DNA from: an uncultured Collinsella sp.
GTDB lineage: Bacteria > Actinomycetota > Coriobacteriia > Coriobacteriales > Coriobacteriaceae
Length of the DNA: 64,000 bases
Direction of reading: 5' to 3'
Assembly: GCA_900541005.1 (NCBI GenBank)
Contig: UQIP01000004.1
Coordinates: 13,697 to 77,696, forward strand
Made by a program: the position numbers and the translations under genes. The notes beneath the pieces are model-generated. The model ran no database searches. It saw nothing but the letters and a program-made list of their open reading frames with translations, and had not been told where the DNA came from. How positions within the stretch are numbered: position 1 is the stretch's first letter; every line of letters begins with the position of its first letter. Below are positions 10,257 through 18,895 of this stretch, piece after piece.

Positions 10257-10293
10257 ACGTCCCCGGTTGTAGAATATGCAACCGGGGACGTTT
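10257..10293 (+). terminator. Hairpin terminator downstream of rlmN
   Basis: AACGTCCCCGGTTG...CAACCGGGGACGTT followed by T-rich sequence. Confidence 0.7.
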
Positions 10294-10351
10294 CATTTAT
10301 TGACTTCGATTTTAAATCAGCTGCTACCTGTCCCATTTTTTACGGCCAAAA

Positions 10352-10391
10352 TAAGGGGTCCTTGTCTCATGAATTAGACAAGGACCCCTTA
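10352..10391 (-). terminator. Hairpin terminator downstream of the parAB operon
   Basis: TAAGGGGTCCTTGTCT...AGACAAGGACCCCTTA, with an A-run on the left giving a U-tail on the minus strand. Confidence 0.7.
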
Positions 10392-10417
10392 GAATATGCT
10401 GAGTAATTGTTAGGTAC

Positions 10418-10672
10418 CTAATAGCCTACATTTTCCCATTGGTTGCTGACCCAACCTTGATTAATCTTGGGATTCTTCGTTACCTGAGCAGTACGCATGG
10501 CAACATCTTCTGTCATAACATCCATTTTCTTTTTGGAAGTATCGACGATATCTTGCGCGCCACGAAGCAAACGACCTCGAAGTTCATCGTCTGTCGCGAT
10601 CTTATAGCCAGCAAAGGCACCAGCCGCGACAGTCGTCGCCAATGCAATCGCTGTTAAAATCTTATTCCTCAT
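10418..10672 (-). CDS. Small (84 aa) N-terminally anchored protein, loosely YtxH-like, coupled to parB
   Basis: GGAGG RBS inside the parB 3' end; ATG at 10672 lies just upstream of the parB stop; MRNKILTAIALATTVAAGAFAGYK hydrophobic segment. Confidence 0.75.
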   Translation of the reverse strand: MRNKILTAIALATTVAAGAFAGYKIATDDELRGRLLRGAQDIVDTSKKKMDVMTEDVAMRTAQVTKNPKINQGWVSNQWENVGY

Positions 10673-11567
10673 CTTGGCCTCCTTGATCAAACTGAATCAT
10701 TTCGCCAAGAATACGAGAGAGCTCTTCCTCGTCTTTAAACTCAATCTCAATCTTATTCTTTCCACGCGAGCTCTTCACACGCACGTTGGTATTAAATACC
10801 TGGCGAAGCACACGGGCGGCCTTTTTAAAAGACTGAGGCGTCGCAGGCCTCGGCGTCTTAGGTGTCTCTCCGGCAGAAAACAACGGAGCAAGATTTTCTG
10901 TCGCTCTTACGGAAAGGCCCTCTGCAACAACTTTCTCTGCAAGTCGAATTCGTGCATCCTCATAGGGAACCGCAAGAATCGCACGTGCATGACCAGCAGT
11001 AAGTTTGCCCTCAAAAATCATCTGCTGAACTATTTCGGGGAGATCGAGAAGACGCAGCGAGTTTGTAATTGCAGAGCGTGACTTGCTTACTGCCTTCGAC
11101 AATGCCTCCTGGGTCATACCGCTGGCATCGATAAGCTGACGATAGCCCTTGGCCTCTTCGACGGGATTCAGATCAGAACGCTGAAGGTTTTCGATAAGAG
11201 CAAGAGCAAGCATCTCTTCATCATTAACATCTTTAATGATGACAGGCAGCTCTTCAAGACCAGCGAGCTTTGACGCCTGGTAACGACGCTCACCAGCGAT
11301 GATCTCATAGCCGTTTCCATGCTTGCGAACCAAAAGCGGCTGCAAAACGCCATGTTCTTCGATTGACTCGCTCAACTCGCGAAGTTCAGTTTCGTTAAAG
11401 TGAATTCGCGGCTGGTTAGGGTTGGGAACAATATCCTCAATAGGTAGTTTCGTTTCAGATGCAGCCTTTGAAGCGGATGCAGCCGAACCACCGGTCTCAT
11501 ACTCGGCCTCTGAGACCAAAGCATTGAGTCCACGTCCCAATCCGCCACGTTTCTTTACACTAGGCAC
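10662..11567 (-). CDS. parB: Chromosome partitioning CTPase ParB
   Basis: GLGRGL, PNPNQPR, IIAGERRYQA, ENLQRSDL, HTH. Confidence 0.97.
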   Translation of the reverse strand: MPSVKKRGGLGRGLNALVSEAEYETGGSAASASKAASETKLPIEDIVPNPNQPRIHFNETELRELSESIEEHGVLQPLLVRKHGNGYEIIAGERRYQASKLAGLEELPVIIKDVNDEEMLALALIENLQRSDLNPVEEAKGYRQLIDASGMTQEALSKAVSKSRSAITNSLRLLDLPEIVQQMIFEGKLTAGHARAILAVPYEDARIRLAEKVVAEGLSVRATENLAPLFSAGETPKTPRPATPQSFKKAARVLRQVFNTNVRVKSSRGKNKIEIEFKDEEELSRILGEMIQFDQGGQDEE

Positions 11568-12360
11568 GCTTGATCACCTCTTTTGCAAGGTTCATATACG
11601 CTTTTGCACCCTTATTTTGAGGTGCATAGGTAATTACCGGTTCTCCAAAAGACGGAGCTTCGGAGATTTTAACCGTACGAGGGATTAGCGTCTTAAACGC
11701 CTTATCACCAAAGTACGATTGAACCTCCTCAACAACCTGATTCGATAGAGAGGTACGCGAGTCATACATGGTCATAAGCACACCAAAGGTGTCTAAGCCC
11801 TTGTTCAGCCGTGATTTGACCATTTTCATTGACTCAAGCAGCTTCGTAACGCCCTCGAGTGCGTAATACTCGCACTGGATCGGAATCAAAACGCTGTCTG
11901 CTGCGGTCAAGGCGTTGATAGTAAGCAGGCCGAGCGAAGGAGGACAGTCAATGAAAATGAAATCGAACTCGTCCTGAATCGGCTCAAGCAAATCTTTGAG
12001 GCGGGTTTCACGAGCAATTGCGCTTACGAGCTCAATTTCGGCGCCTGCAAGCTGAATTGTAGCCGGAATTACGAATACCTTTTTGCAATTGGTATCAAGA
12101 ATAAGCGATTCTGCCGGTACATCATTCAACAATGCATCATAGATGCAGTGATCAAGGTCTTCTTTTTCAATTCCAAATCCACTGGTGCTGTTTCCTTGTG
12201 GATCAAAATCGACAATCAGTGTCTTACGACCCTGCTCGCCAAGTGCTGCTGCAAGGTTTACAGCCGTCGTTGACTTACCGACGCCGCCTTTTTGATTGAT
12301 GATTGCAATGATACGCGTGTCTTTTGCGCTCTTAGAACGCTTAACGTCGCGAAATCCCAC
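11560..12360 (-). CDS. parA: Chromosome partitioning ATPase ParA/Soj
   Basis: NQKGGVGKSTT, DFDPQGN, IDCPPSLG, PIQCEYYALEG; GTG start with AGGAGG. Confidence 0.97.
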   Translation of the reverse strand: MGFRDVKRSKSAKDTRIIAIINQKGGVGKSTTAVNLAAALGEQGRKTLIVDFDPQGNSTSGFGIEKEDLDHCIYDALLNDVPAESLILDTNCKKVFVIPATIQLAGAEIELVSAIARETRLKDLLEPIQDEFDFIFIDCPPSLGLLTINALTAADSVLIPIQCEYYALEGVTKLLESMKMVKSRLNKGLDTFGVLMTMYDSRTSLSNQVVEEVQSYFGDKAFKTLIPRTVKISEAPSFGEPVITYAPQNKGAKAYMNLAKEVIKRA

Positions 12361-12399
12361 GGTCCCTCCTGGTGTGTATTAAAGCTGTCAAACGGAGGA

Positions 12400-12493
12400 T
12401 GTTTCACGTGAAACATTCCGATTCGATATCAACCGCCATGTTTCACGTGAAACACTGCAAGTTGTTAGTATCCATTATGTTTCACGTGAAACA
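12400..12493. promoter_or_regulatory. Cluster of three perfect parS sites (12400-12415, 12439-12454, 12478-12493)
   Basis: Three exact TGTTTCACGTGAAACA palindromes between parA and rsmG. Confidence 0.97.
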
Positions 12494-12494
12494 T

Positions 12495-13232
12495 CTAGGC
12501 AAGCGGATTCTTCTTTGCCATGCCATTTGCACGAGGTAATGAAACAGATGCTGGATGACTCTTCTTAAGAACAATGAACTCCCTGTGACCCAAGCCCTCA
12601 GGCAAATCAATTGCGTCATTCAGAAGCAAAGTGAAGCCGCAAATCTTAGCTGCTGACATACCAGAAGCAAGCTCCTCATCCGAAGGATTGCCCTTGGTGA
12701 TAACAAATAGCCCTCCATCCTTGAGGAACGGAGCCGCATACTCAACAAGAATCGGTAGAGGGGCCAGTGCGCGGGCGGTTACGACAGAGAACTGCTTCTT
12801 ATGGCTTCGAGCATATTCTTCAAGACGATCATGAACCGCATGAGCATGTTTCAATCCAAGAGCATTGACAAAAGAATTGACAGCATCAACCTTCTTGCCA
12901 ACAGAGTCAATATAAGTAGCTTTACAATGTGTGGCTATGGTTAACGGAATACCAGGGAAGCCCGCACCTGTACCCATATCGAGCAAAGCCCCCTCTGGAG
13001 CCTTATTGATATAGGGGAGTAAAACAAGTGAGTCGAGGATATGAAGTACTGCAGCATCTTCTACGTTAAGAATACGGGTGAGATTGGTTGTCTTATTTGT
13101 TTCTAGAACCAAATCCAAATGTTGAATACATTTCCTCAGCTCAACATCAGTTACGCTCAAGGAATACTCTTTGCAATAGAAAGCTAGACGACTCAACATC
13201 TCGTCAGCCTGCTGATCAGTAAGTACTAACAA
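12495..13232 (-). CDS. rsmG: 16S rRNA m7G527 methyltransferase RsmG (GidB)
   Basis: NLTRI, HILDSL, LLDMGTGAGFPGIPL, VTARA; TTG start at 13232 after AAAGGAG. Confidence 0.95.
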   Translation of the reverse strand: MLVLTDQQADEMLSRLAFYCKEYSLSVTDVELRKCIQHLDLVLETNKTTNLTRILNVEDAAVLHILDSLVLLPYINKAPEGALLDMGTGAGFPGIPLTIATHCKATYIDSVGKKVDAVNSFVNALGLKHAHAVHDRLEEYARSHKKQFSVVTARALAPLPILVEYAAPFLKDGGLFVITKGNPSDEELASGMSAAKICGFTLLLNDAIDLPEGLGHREFIVLKKSHPASVSLPRANGMAKKNPLA

Positions 13233-13279
13233 CGAAAGCTCCTTTCTGACAAAAATCAGTGTATCGAGAACTTTTGACA

Positions 13280-13310
13280 AAAAAAGGGGACGTGGAAACC
13301 ACGTCCCCTT
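13280..13310 (-). terminator. Terminator after jag
   Basis: AAGGGGACGTGG-AAA-CCACGTCCCCTT with a poly-A on the left (U-tail on the minus strand). Confidence 0.75.
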
Positions 13311-13328
13311 AGCATAAGCTCGAGTAGA

Positions 13329-13898
13329 TTATCGAGCAACAATCACCACATGGCGATCAGGGTCAGAACCCTCAGAATGAGTATCGACGGCATCATTGCC
13401 ACGAAGTGCAATGTGAACCAGTCGACGCTCGTAGGCATTCATGGGCGGAAGCGAAACACTCTTATGAGTGCGGATGGCACGCTCGGCAGCAGACTGAGCC
13501 ATGGAAGCAACCTTGTCCTGACGGCGACTCTTGTATCCCTCTACGTCCACTACAACCGGATACCTAAAGCCAAGTTTGCGGCTCACCAGCAAAGAGAACA
13601 TAACCTGAAGGGCATCAAGGGTGCGACCATGACGGCCAATGAGAACAGCAAGGTCGGGAGCCGTTACATCCAAAATCAGCTCACCCTCGTCGCCCTCATA
13701 CTCATCGATAGGAGAGTTGGCGGCATCGAAGTGCGAAAGGATGGAACGCAGGATGGAAATCGCAACATCGGCAATGGTGTCGAGCTCCTCATCGGTCAGC
13801 TCTTCACCAGCCTTGTAGCGCTGTGCAATCTCGGGATAATCGCCCGCGACCTGCGGGGCAACCTCCTCAAGCATATCCTCGATGATCTCTTCAGACAT
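13329..13898 (-). CDS. jag: Jag/EloR/KhpB RNA-binding protein (KH + R3H)
   Basis: LIGRHGRTLDALQ, PMNAYERRLVH, HSEG; ATG at 13898 with GGAG. Confidence 0.92.
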   Translation of the reverse strand: MSEEIIEDMLEEVAPQVAGDYPEIAQRYKAGEELTDEELDTIADVAISILRSILSHFDAANSPIDEYEGDEGELILDVTAPDLAVLIGRHGRTLDALQVMFSLLVSRKLGFRYPVVVDVEGYKSRRQDKVASMAQSAAERAIRTHKSVSLPPMNAYERRLVHIALRGNDAVDTHSEGSDPDRHVVIVAR

Positions 13899-13942
13899 AA
13901 CGTACTCCAAAAGTTAGGTACCTAAATAAGATTGATATCCCA

Positions 13943-14713
13943 CTACTTCTTCTTGTGCGGGCGCGGCTTCTTCTCTCGACGAGTGACCTCAACCTGCAGC
14001 GGAGCGTTCTTAAGACGCTCCTCCTCATCGGCCTTCGCCTTATCGATGACCTTCTGCGTCACAAAAATCTGCTGGATAACCTGCCAAGCAGACGAGACGT
14101 CGTAGTACAGCAGAACACCAACGGGAAGGCTCCAGCCCATCCAAAGCATCATGACCGTCATGACAACGGCCATCATACGCATGCTCTGAGCCTGCTGGCC
14201 GGTCTGGTTGCGCGACATATAGAGCTGCGGAATCAGGGTCAGGACGGCGAACAGGATCAGGCAAACCAGCGCAGGCAGTGCAACCATAAAGCCATCGGCA
14301 AAGGAAGCGCTCGGCGTGGTGGTCAGGTCGGGCAGGATGTTGAAGAACGAGAACGTGCCGTCGTTAAAGTACTGCGGCAGGTTGCGCAGCAATGTAAACA
14401 GGGCGAACAGGATAGGCATCTGAATCAGCAGCGGCAGACAGCCAGCCATGGGGTTGAACTTGTTCTCGCTGTAGAACTTCTGCATCTCCTCGGCCTGACG
14501 CTGGGGATCGTCGGCATAGCGCTCCTGGATCTCGAGCATCTTGGGCTGCAGCACCTGCATGCGAGCCGTCGACTTGGTCGACTTGAGCATGAGCGGCGTC
14601 AGCAGCAGACGGATGATGACCACCAGGATGATGATGGACAGGCCCCAGTCGACCGCAAAGGTCTGGATGAGCTTGAGCAGCTCGAAAAGGATGTTAACGA
14701 TCCAATCCCACAT
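13943..14713 (-). CDS. yidC: Membrane protein insertase YidC
   Basis: WGLSII...LLTPL, GCLPLLIQMPI; conserved synteny. Confidence 0.95.
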   Translation of the reverse strand: MWDWIVNILFELLKLIQTFAVDWGLSIIILVVIIRLLLTPLMLKSTKSTARMQVLQPKMLEIQERYADDPQRQAEEMQKFYSENKFNPMAGCLPLLIQMPILFALFTLLRNLPQYFNDGTFSFFNILPDLTTTPSASFADGFMVALPALVCLILFAVLTLIPQLYMSRNQTGQQAQSMRMMAVVMTVMMLWMGWSLPVGVLLYYDVSSAWQVIQQIFVTQKVIDKAKADEEERLKNAPLQVEVTRREKKPRPHKKK

Positions 14714-14742
14714 GTAAGTTTTCCTCCGATAGCGAGTGCCCG

Positions 14743-14967
14743 CTAGGGCACAGGGTCATAACCGCCGACGTGCAGGGGATTGCAGCGAACGATGCGCCTC
14801 ACGGCAAGCCAGCAGCCTCTCAAAACACCGTGCTTCTCAATCGCCTGGACGGCGTATTGCGAGCACGTTGGGTAATAAATGCAGGCGTCAGGCAATAAGG
14901 GCGAAATAACCTGTTGATATATGCGAATAGGAGCGATGGCAACACGTCGCAAAACGTGATTGCTCAT
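14743..14967 (-). CDS. yidD: Membrane protein insertion efficiency factor YidD
   Basis: YQQVISP, CIYYPTCSQY, RCNP...GGYDPVP. Confidence 0.95.
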   Translation of the reverse strand: MSNHVLRRVAIAPIRIYQQVISPLLPDACIYYPTCSQYAVQAIEKHGVLRGCWLAVRRIVRCNPLHVGGYDPVP

Positions 14968-15302
14968 CGCTCCTCCCCGGCAACGCCGGCGCGCTTCATA
15001 AGCGAACGCAACGCCTTGTCCATCTCCTGCGGCGAGGAAACCCTCGTCTTGGGAGTTGCAAACAAGATGATGTCATAACCCGCAACGGGAAATCCGCAGC
15101 TGCGGGCGGTCTCGCGCATCACACGCTTAGATCGGTTGCGCACGACGGCACAACCGAGTCGCTTAGCACCAACGAAGGCGACCCTTCCGGAGTCGCCTTC
15201 GCCAACCGATTCACATATGGTCATTCGAATCAGAGGGTGATTGAAACGACGCCCCTGACTGAACACATGCTCGAAATCTTGCCGAGACTTAATAGTCTTC
15301 AT
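14964..15302 (-). CDS. rnpA: Ribonuclease P protein component
   Basis: AVVRNRSKRVMRE RNR motif; synteny. Confidence 0.93.
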   Translation of the reverse strand: MKTIKSRQDFEHVFSQGRRFNHPLIRMTICESVGEGDSGRVAFVGAKRLGCAVVRNRSKRVMRETARSCGFPVAGYDIILFATPKTRVSSPQEMDKALRSLMKRAGVAGEER

Positions 15303-15322
15303 GCGAGATGTGTGTATCGCTG

Positions 15323-15457
15323 CTAGACAGTGAGACGCTTGCGGCCCTTGGCACGACGACGGGCGAGCACGGCACGACCACCCTTAGTGGCCATACGGGC
15401 ACGGAAGCCATGGGTCTTGGCACGCTTACGCTTATTAGGCTGATACGTACGCTTCAT
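15323..15457 (-). CDS. rpmH: 50S ribosomal protein L34
   Basis: [30 protein letters not shown]. Confidence 0.98.
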   Translation of the reverse strand: MKRTYQPNKRKRAKTHGFRARMATKGGRAVLARRRAKGRKRLTV

Positions 15458-15656
15458 CTTAAGTTCCTCCTGCTGCATTTCGAGTGTCCGCGGGGACGCG
15501 GACGCAGATATAGACACGTGAGCTTGAAGATTGTAGGGAAATCAATGTTCAAATGTCAAGAAATCAAAGGTAAAAGGTTGCGCAGTTCACACGGTTCCCC
15601 CATAAGCCAAGCTCGATTTAGCGGTGCATGACAACTTTTCACGATATTTCATCGAG

Positions 15657-15740
15657 TTTTCAACAGGTCATGTTGGCAATGTTGAGAACTTTTCGCCCGT
15701 TTTCCAAAGTTTTCAACAGGTTTTGAAAAGTTGTCGAAAG
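15657..15740. promoter_or_regulatory. Upstream cluster of DnaA-box-like 9-mers
   Basis: TTTTCAACA at 15657 and 15710; TGTTGAGAA at 15680; TGTTGGCAA at 15671; TTTTCCAAA at 15700; TTTTGAAAA at 15721 and TGTCGAAAG at 15732. Confidence 0.7.
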
Positions 15741-15802
15741 ATGAGAAACATTGCGCGGTGAGCTACTATTTGTTCGAAACCTTTTGGAAGATTGCGAGCG
15801 GC

Positions 15803-17155
15803 ATGTCTGATGACTTTTACACCATGGTCGATTCTGGAGACCCGGCACCCGACAACGAGCACATCACCGGCGTGCGCGAAGAGCGTGCGGAAGGCGAGCA
15901 GACGACCACGCAGGCGCCAAAAGCCATGTACGCCGCGCGTATCGCCGTCTATGACGACATGCTGTCGACACCGCGTGTGATCGTCATTGATCCGCAAGAT
16001 GTCCGCACGTATTTGGAAGAGACGACCAACACCGTCTACCAGTGCATGAAAGAACAAGGTGGCCATATCTCGCTCATGGTCATCCGCGAGATTGTCGAAA
16101 ACTTTATCCACGCACACTTTGCCGAGCCCATCATCTCGATTCTGGACGGCGGAGACACCATCCGCTTTGCTGATCAAGGACCCGGCATCGACGACAAGGA
16201 ACGCGCTTTCGACTTTGGCGTTACCAGCGCAAACAGCAAGATGAAGCGCTATATCCGTGGAACCGGAGCAGGGTTTCCCATGGTGCAGGAGTATTTGGAA
16301 AACGCCGGCGGTGCCGTATCCATCGAGGACAACATGGGCAACGGCACCGTGGTTACGGTAAGCCTGAACCCTAAACGAGTGCAGGAAATCGAGCGTGCCG
16401 GCGGACGCGGTGCTGCCGTGCGGCCCGAGACGGAGCAGCCCACATATCCCCTGCCGGGAGCTTTTGCGCAGCAGCCCATGGCAACGCAGCAGATGCAGCC
16501 CCCCGTGAGGCAGATGCAGCAGCCCGGAATGCTTCCCACACAAGAGCCCCAGGCGACATCGATGTCGATGCCGCCAAACATGCCAGAGGCCGTGCCGCTG
16601 GCGGATCAGGATGCAGCAGCAATGCAGCAGGCGACGGGCGCACCGGGTGGCCAGCAAATGGGCTATCAGCCATACCAACAGGGATATCCATATCAACAGA
16701 TGCCGCCGCTGGGGTACGGCCAGCAGTTCCCGCAGCAGTACCAGCAGGGATATCAGCAGCCGTACCAGCAGATGCCGCAGCAGCAGTACAACCCCTGGGC
16801 CCAGCAGATGCCTCCGCAGCCTTACCAACAGTGGCCTCAAAGTTTTCAACAGCAAATGCCGCCGATGCAGAGTTCTCAACAACCAGCAGCTCAAATGATG
16901 TATCCTAATGCAGCAAATCAGTATGCGCAGCCACAACCGGACGTGTTCGTAAGCGATCGCGGCAACGCCGCACTAGGCTATTTGGCGCAAAATCAAGCGT
17001 GCGGTGCAACCGATCTGGCGAGGGCGTTTGGAAACTCGGCCCCCACTTGGTCACGCACGCTCAATGACTTGGCGCAGGCTGGCTTGGTCATCAAGCATGG
17101 CCAGAAATACCATCTGACCGAACTCGGCGCCGCTCGCGTGCGAGCTCAGAGCTAA
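15803..17155 (+). CDS. GHKL (HATPase_c) ATP-binding protein with Gln/Pro/Met/Tyr-rich linker and C-terminal winged HTH
   Basis: IREIVENFIHA (N box), FADQGPGI (G1), GTGAGF (G2), GTVVTV; QQPYQQ-type repeats; GATDLARAFGNSAPTWSRTLNDL...YHLT wHTH. Start uncertain (15803 or 15824). Confidence 0.85.
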   Translation: MSDDFYTMVDSGDPAPDNEHITGVREERAEGEQTTTQAPKAMYAARIAVYDDMLSTPRVIVIDPQDVRTYLEETTNTVYQCMKEQGGHISLMVIREIVENFIHAHFAEPIISILDGGDTIRFADQGPGIDDKERAFDFGVTSANSKMKRYIRGTGAGFPMVQEYLENAGGAVSIEDNMGNGTVVTVSLNPKRVQEIERAGGRGAAVRPETEQPTYPLPGAFAQQPMATQQMQPPVRQMQQPGMLPTQEPQATSMSMPPNMPEAVPLADQDAAAMQQATGAPGGQQMGYQPYQQGYPYQQMPPLGYGQQFPQQYQQGYQQPYQQMPQQQYNPWAQQMPPQPYQQWPQSFQQQMPPMQSSQQPAAQMMYPNAANQYAQPQPDVFVSDRGNAALGYLAQNQACGATDLARAFGNSAPTWSRTLNDLAQAGLVIKHGQKYHLTELGAARVRAQS

Positions 17156-17170
17156 AGAACGGGAGAGACA

Positions 17171-18895
17171 GTGGACGAGGAAGCAAGCATCATCCTGGGG
17201 GACGCCATCGCCTTTTGCCAGCGCGACGGCCAAGATGCACGCCTCATCAACATGCTGGGGCAATCGCGCGCCATAAGCCTGACCGAAGATACGCTCACGA
17301 TCGAGGCCCCCTCGCGCTTTGCCATCGCGCAGCTCAAAAAGCATCAGCCGACTATTGAGGCCTATCTGGAAGAAATCGCCTTTGCACCGATCGCGCTCGA
17401 CATCGTGGCACCGCAAGGCGCCGCAACGGAATCCGCTGCCGCGACGGCGCCCGCCACGGCTCCCGCCGCTTCCCCGGCGGCACCGGCCTCCGCAGGCGAC
17501 GTGCCGACAATCGAGCACCAGCACAGCGATGTTTCCCGTGAAACCATGGCACCGTTGCCAACCGCGGCGGCGACGTCAACGAACGCACCCGTCACGCACA
17601 TGCCCATCGCTCACGACGCAGCGGCGGGCGCGGATTCGGGCATTGCAATCAAAAACACGCTCTCGGCCGATGATTTTCGTCGCATGATGAACCAGATGAA
17701 GGGCGGAGCGCCAACTAAATCCACGCAAGCTGCGACCCCCGCTTCACCCATGCCAGCACCGACCGTGCCGGCCGAGCAGAATACGGATGGAGCCCCGCTC
17801 GCCGCGAACTCAAAATTTACCTTTGAGAACTTTGTCTACGGCCCCGAGAACAGCCATGCCTATCGCTCGGCACTCAAGTTTGCCGCCCTCGCGGACGAGC
17901 GCGGCACGTGCACATCGCTGTTCATCTACGGCAAATCGGGCCTGGGCAAGACGCACCTGCTGCTTGCCATCAAAAACGAGCTCGCCGAGAAGTCGCCCGA
18001 GATCAAGGTCAAGTATGCCAACTCCCAGGCATATCTGGACGACCTGATGACCGAGTTCGACCGCCAAAAGAAGAGCAACGCCCCCATCATGCAGGCGTAC
18101 CACGGCGTGGACGTGCTCATCATCGATGACATCCAAAACATCATCGGCAAGCGCGCGAGCGTGGACTACTTTTTCCAGCTCATGGACGAGTTCATCCGCA
18201 ATAACAAGAAGGTCGTTATCGCGGCAGACCGCGCTCCCAAGGACCTGAGCATGGACGAGCGTCTGACCAGCCGCTTCAACGCCGGCATGCTCTGCCTGGT
18301 CGCAGAGCCCAGCTACGAGATGAAATACAAGATCTTGCAGCGCTATTACGAGAACACCATCGTCGCCGCTCCCGAGGCAGGCGACGACTCGCTGCTGGCG
18401 GCCTATGGGGGCGACGGCGGGCACCTGACCGACGAGCACTTTAAACACATGGCCGAGGTCTCAGGCACCAACATCCGCGAACTCGAGAGCTTTTGCGAGC
18501 GCTGCGCCGGCGAGGCGGGCGACCGCGAGCGCGAGGGAGGGGAACTCACCTTTGACGATATCGACGCCATCGCCAGCCAGTACTTCGACACATCGGCCAA
18601 AAAGATCAACGTCCAGACGGTTCAGTCCGTCATCGAAGAGCAGTACGGCGTGACGCACGAGGAGCTCATCGGCCCGCGTCGCAACGCCAATATCGCCAAA
18701 GCACGCCATATCGCTATCTACCTTGCCATCGAAATGTGCGAGATGACGACCACGGCGGTAGGCGCCGAATTTGGCAACCGCAACCACTCGACCGTCAGCA
18801 CGAGTTACAAAAAGGTCCAGAAGATGATCCAGGAAGACCGCACCGTCACCGAAGACCTCAAGTCGCTGCGCGATAAAATTACACTGCGCTCGTAG
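17171..18895 (+). CDS. dnaA: Chromosomal replication initiator DnaA
   Basis: FTFENFV, LFIYGKSGLGKTHLL, LIIDDIQ, RLTSRF, NIRELE, FGNRNHSTV; GTG start. Confidence 0.97.
   Translation: MDEEASIILGDAIAFCQRDGQDARLINMLGQSRAISLTEDTLTIEAPSRFAIAQLKKHQPTIEAYLEEIAFAPIALDIVAPQGAATESAAATAPATAPAASPAAPASAGDVPTIEHQHSDVSRETMAPLPTAAATSTNAPVTHMPIAHDAAAGADSGIAIKNTLSADDFRRMMNQMKGGAPTKSTQAATPASPMPAPTVPAEQNTDGAPLAANSKFTFENFVYGPENSHAYRSALKFAALADERGTCTSLFIYGKSGLGKTHLLLAIKNELAEKSPEIKVKYANSQAYLDDLMTEFDRQKKSNAPIMQAYHGVDVLIIDDIQNIIGKRASVDYFFQLMDEFIRNNKKVVIAADRAPKDLSMDERLTSRFNAGMLCLVAEPSYEMKYKILQRYYENTIVAAPEAGDDSLLAAYGGDGGHLTDEHFKHMAEVSGTNIRELESFCERCAGEAGDREREGGELTFDDIDAIASQYFDTSAKKINVQTVQSVIEEQYGVTHEELIGPRRNANIAKARHIAIYLAIEMCEMTTTAVGAEFGNRNHSTVSTSYKKVQKMIQEDRTVTEDLKSLRDKITLRS
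17530..17545. promoter_or_regulatory. parS-like site inside dnaA
   Basis: TGTTTCCCGTGAAACC, 2 mismatches to consensus; encodes D-VSRET in the domain II linker. Confidence 0.7.

Noticed and set aside
12400..12493. Mini-CRISPR array (palindromic repeats with equal unique spacers)
   Set aside because: The repeat is the 16-bp parS consensus next to parAB; too short for CRISPR and no cas genes
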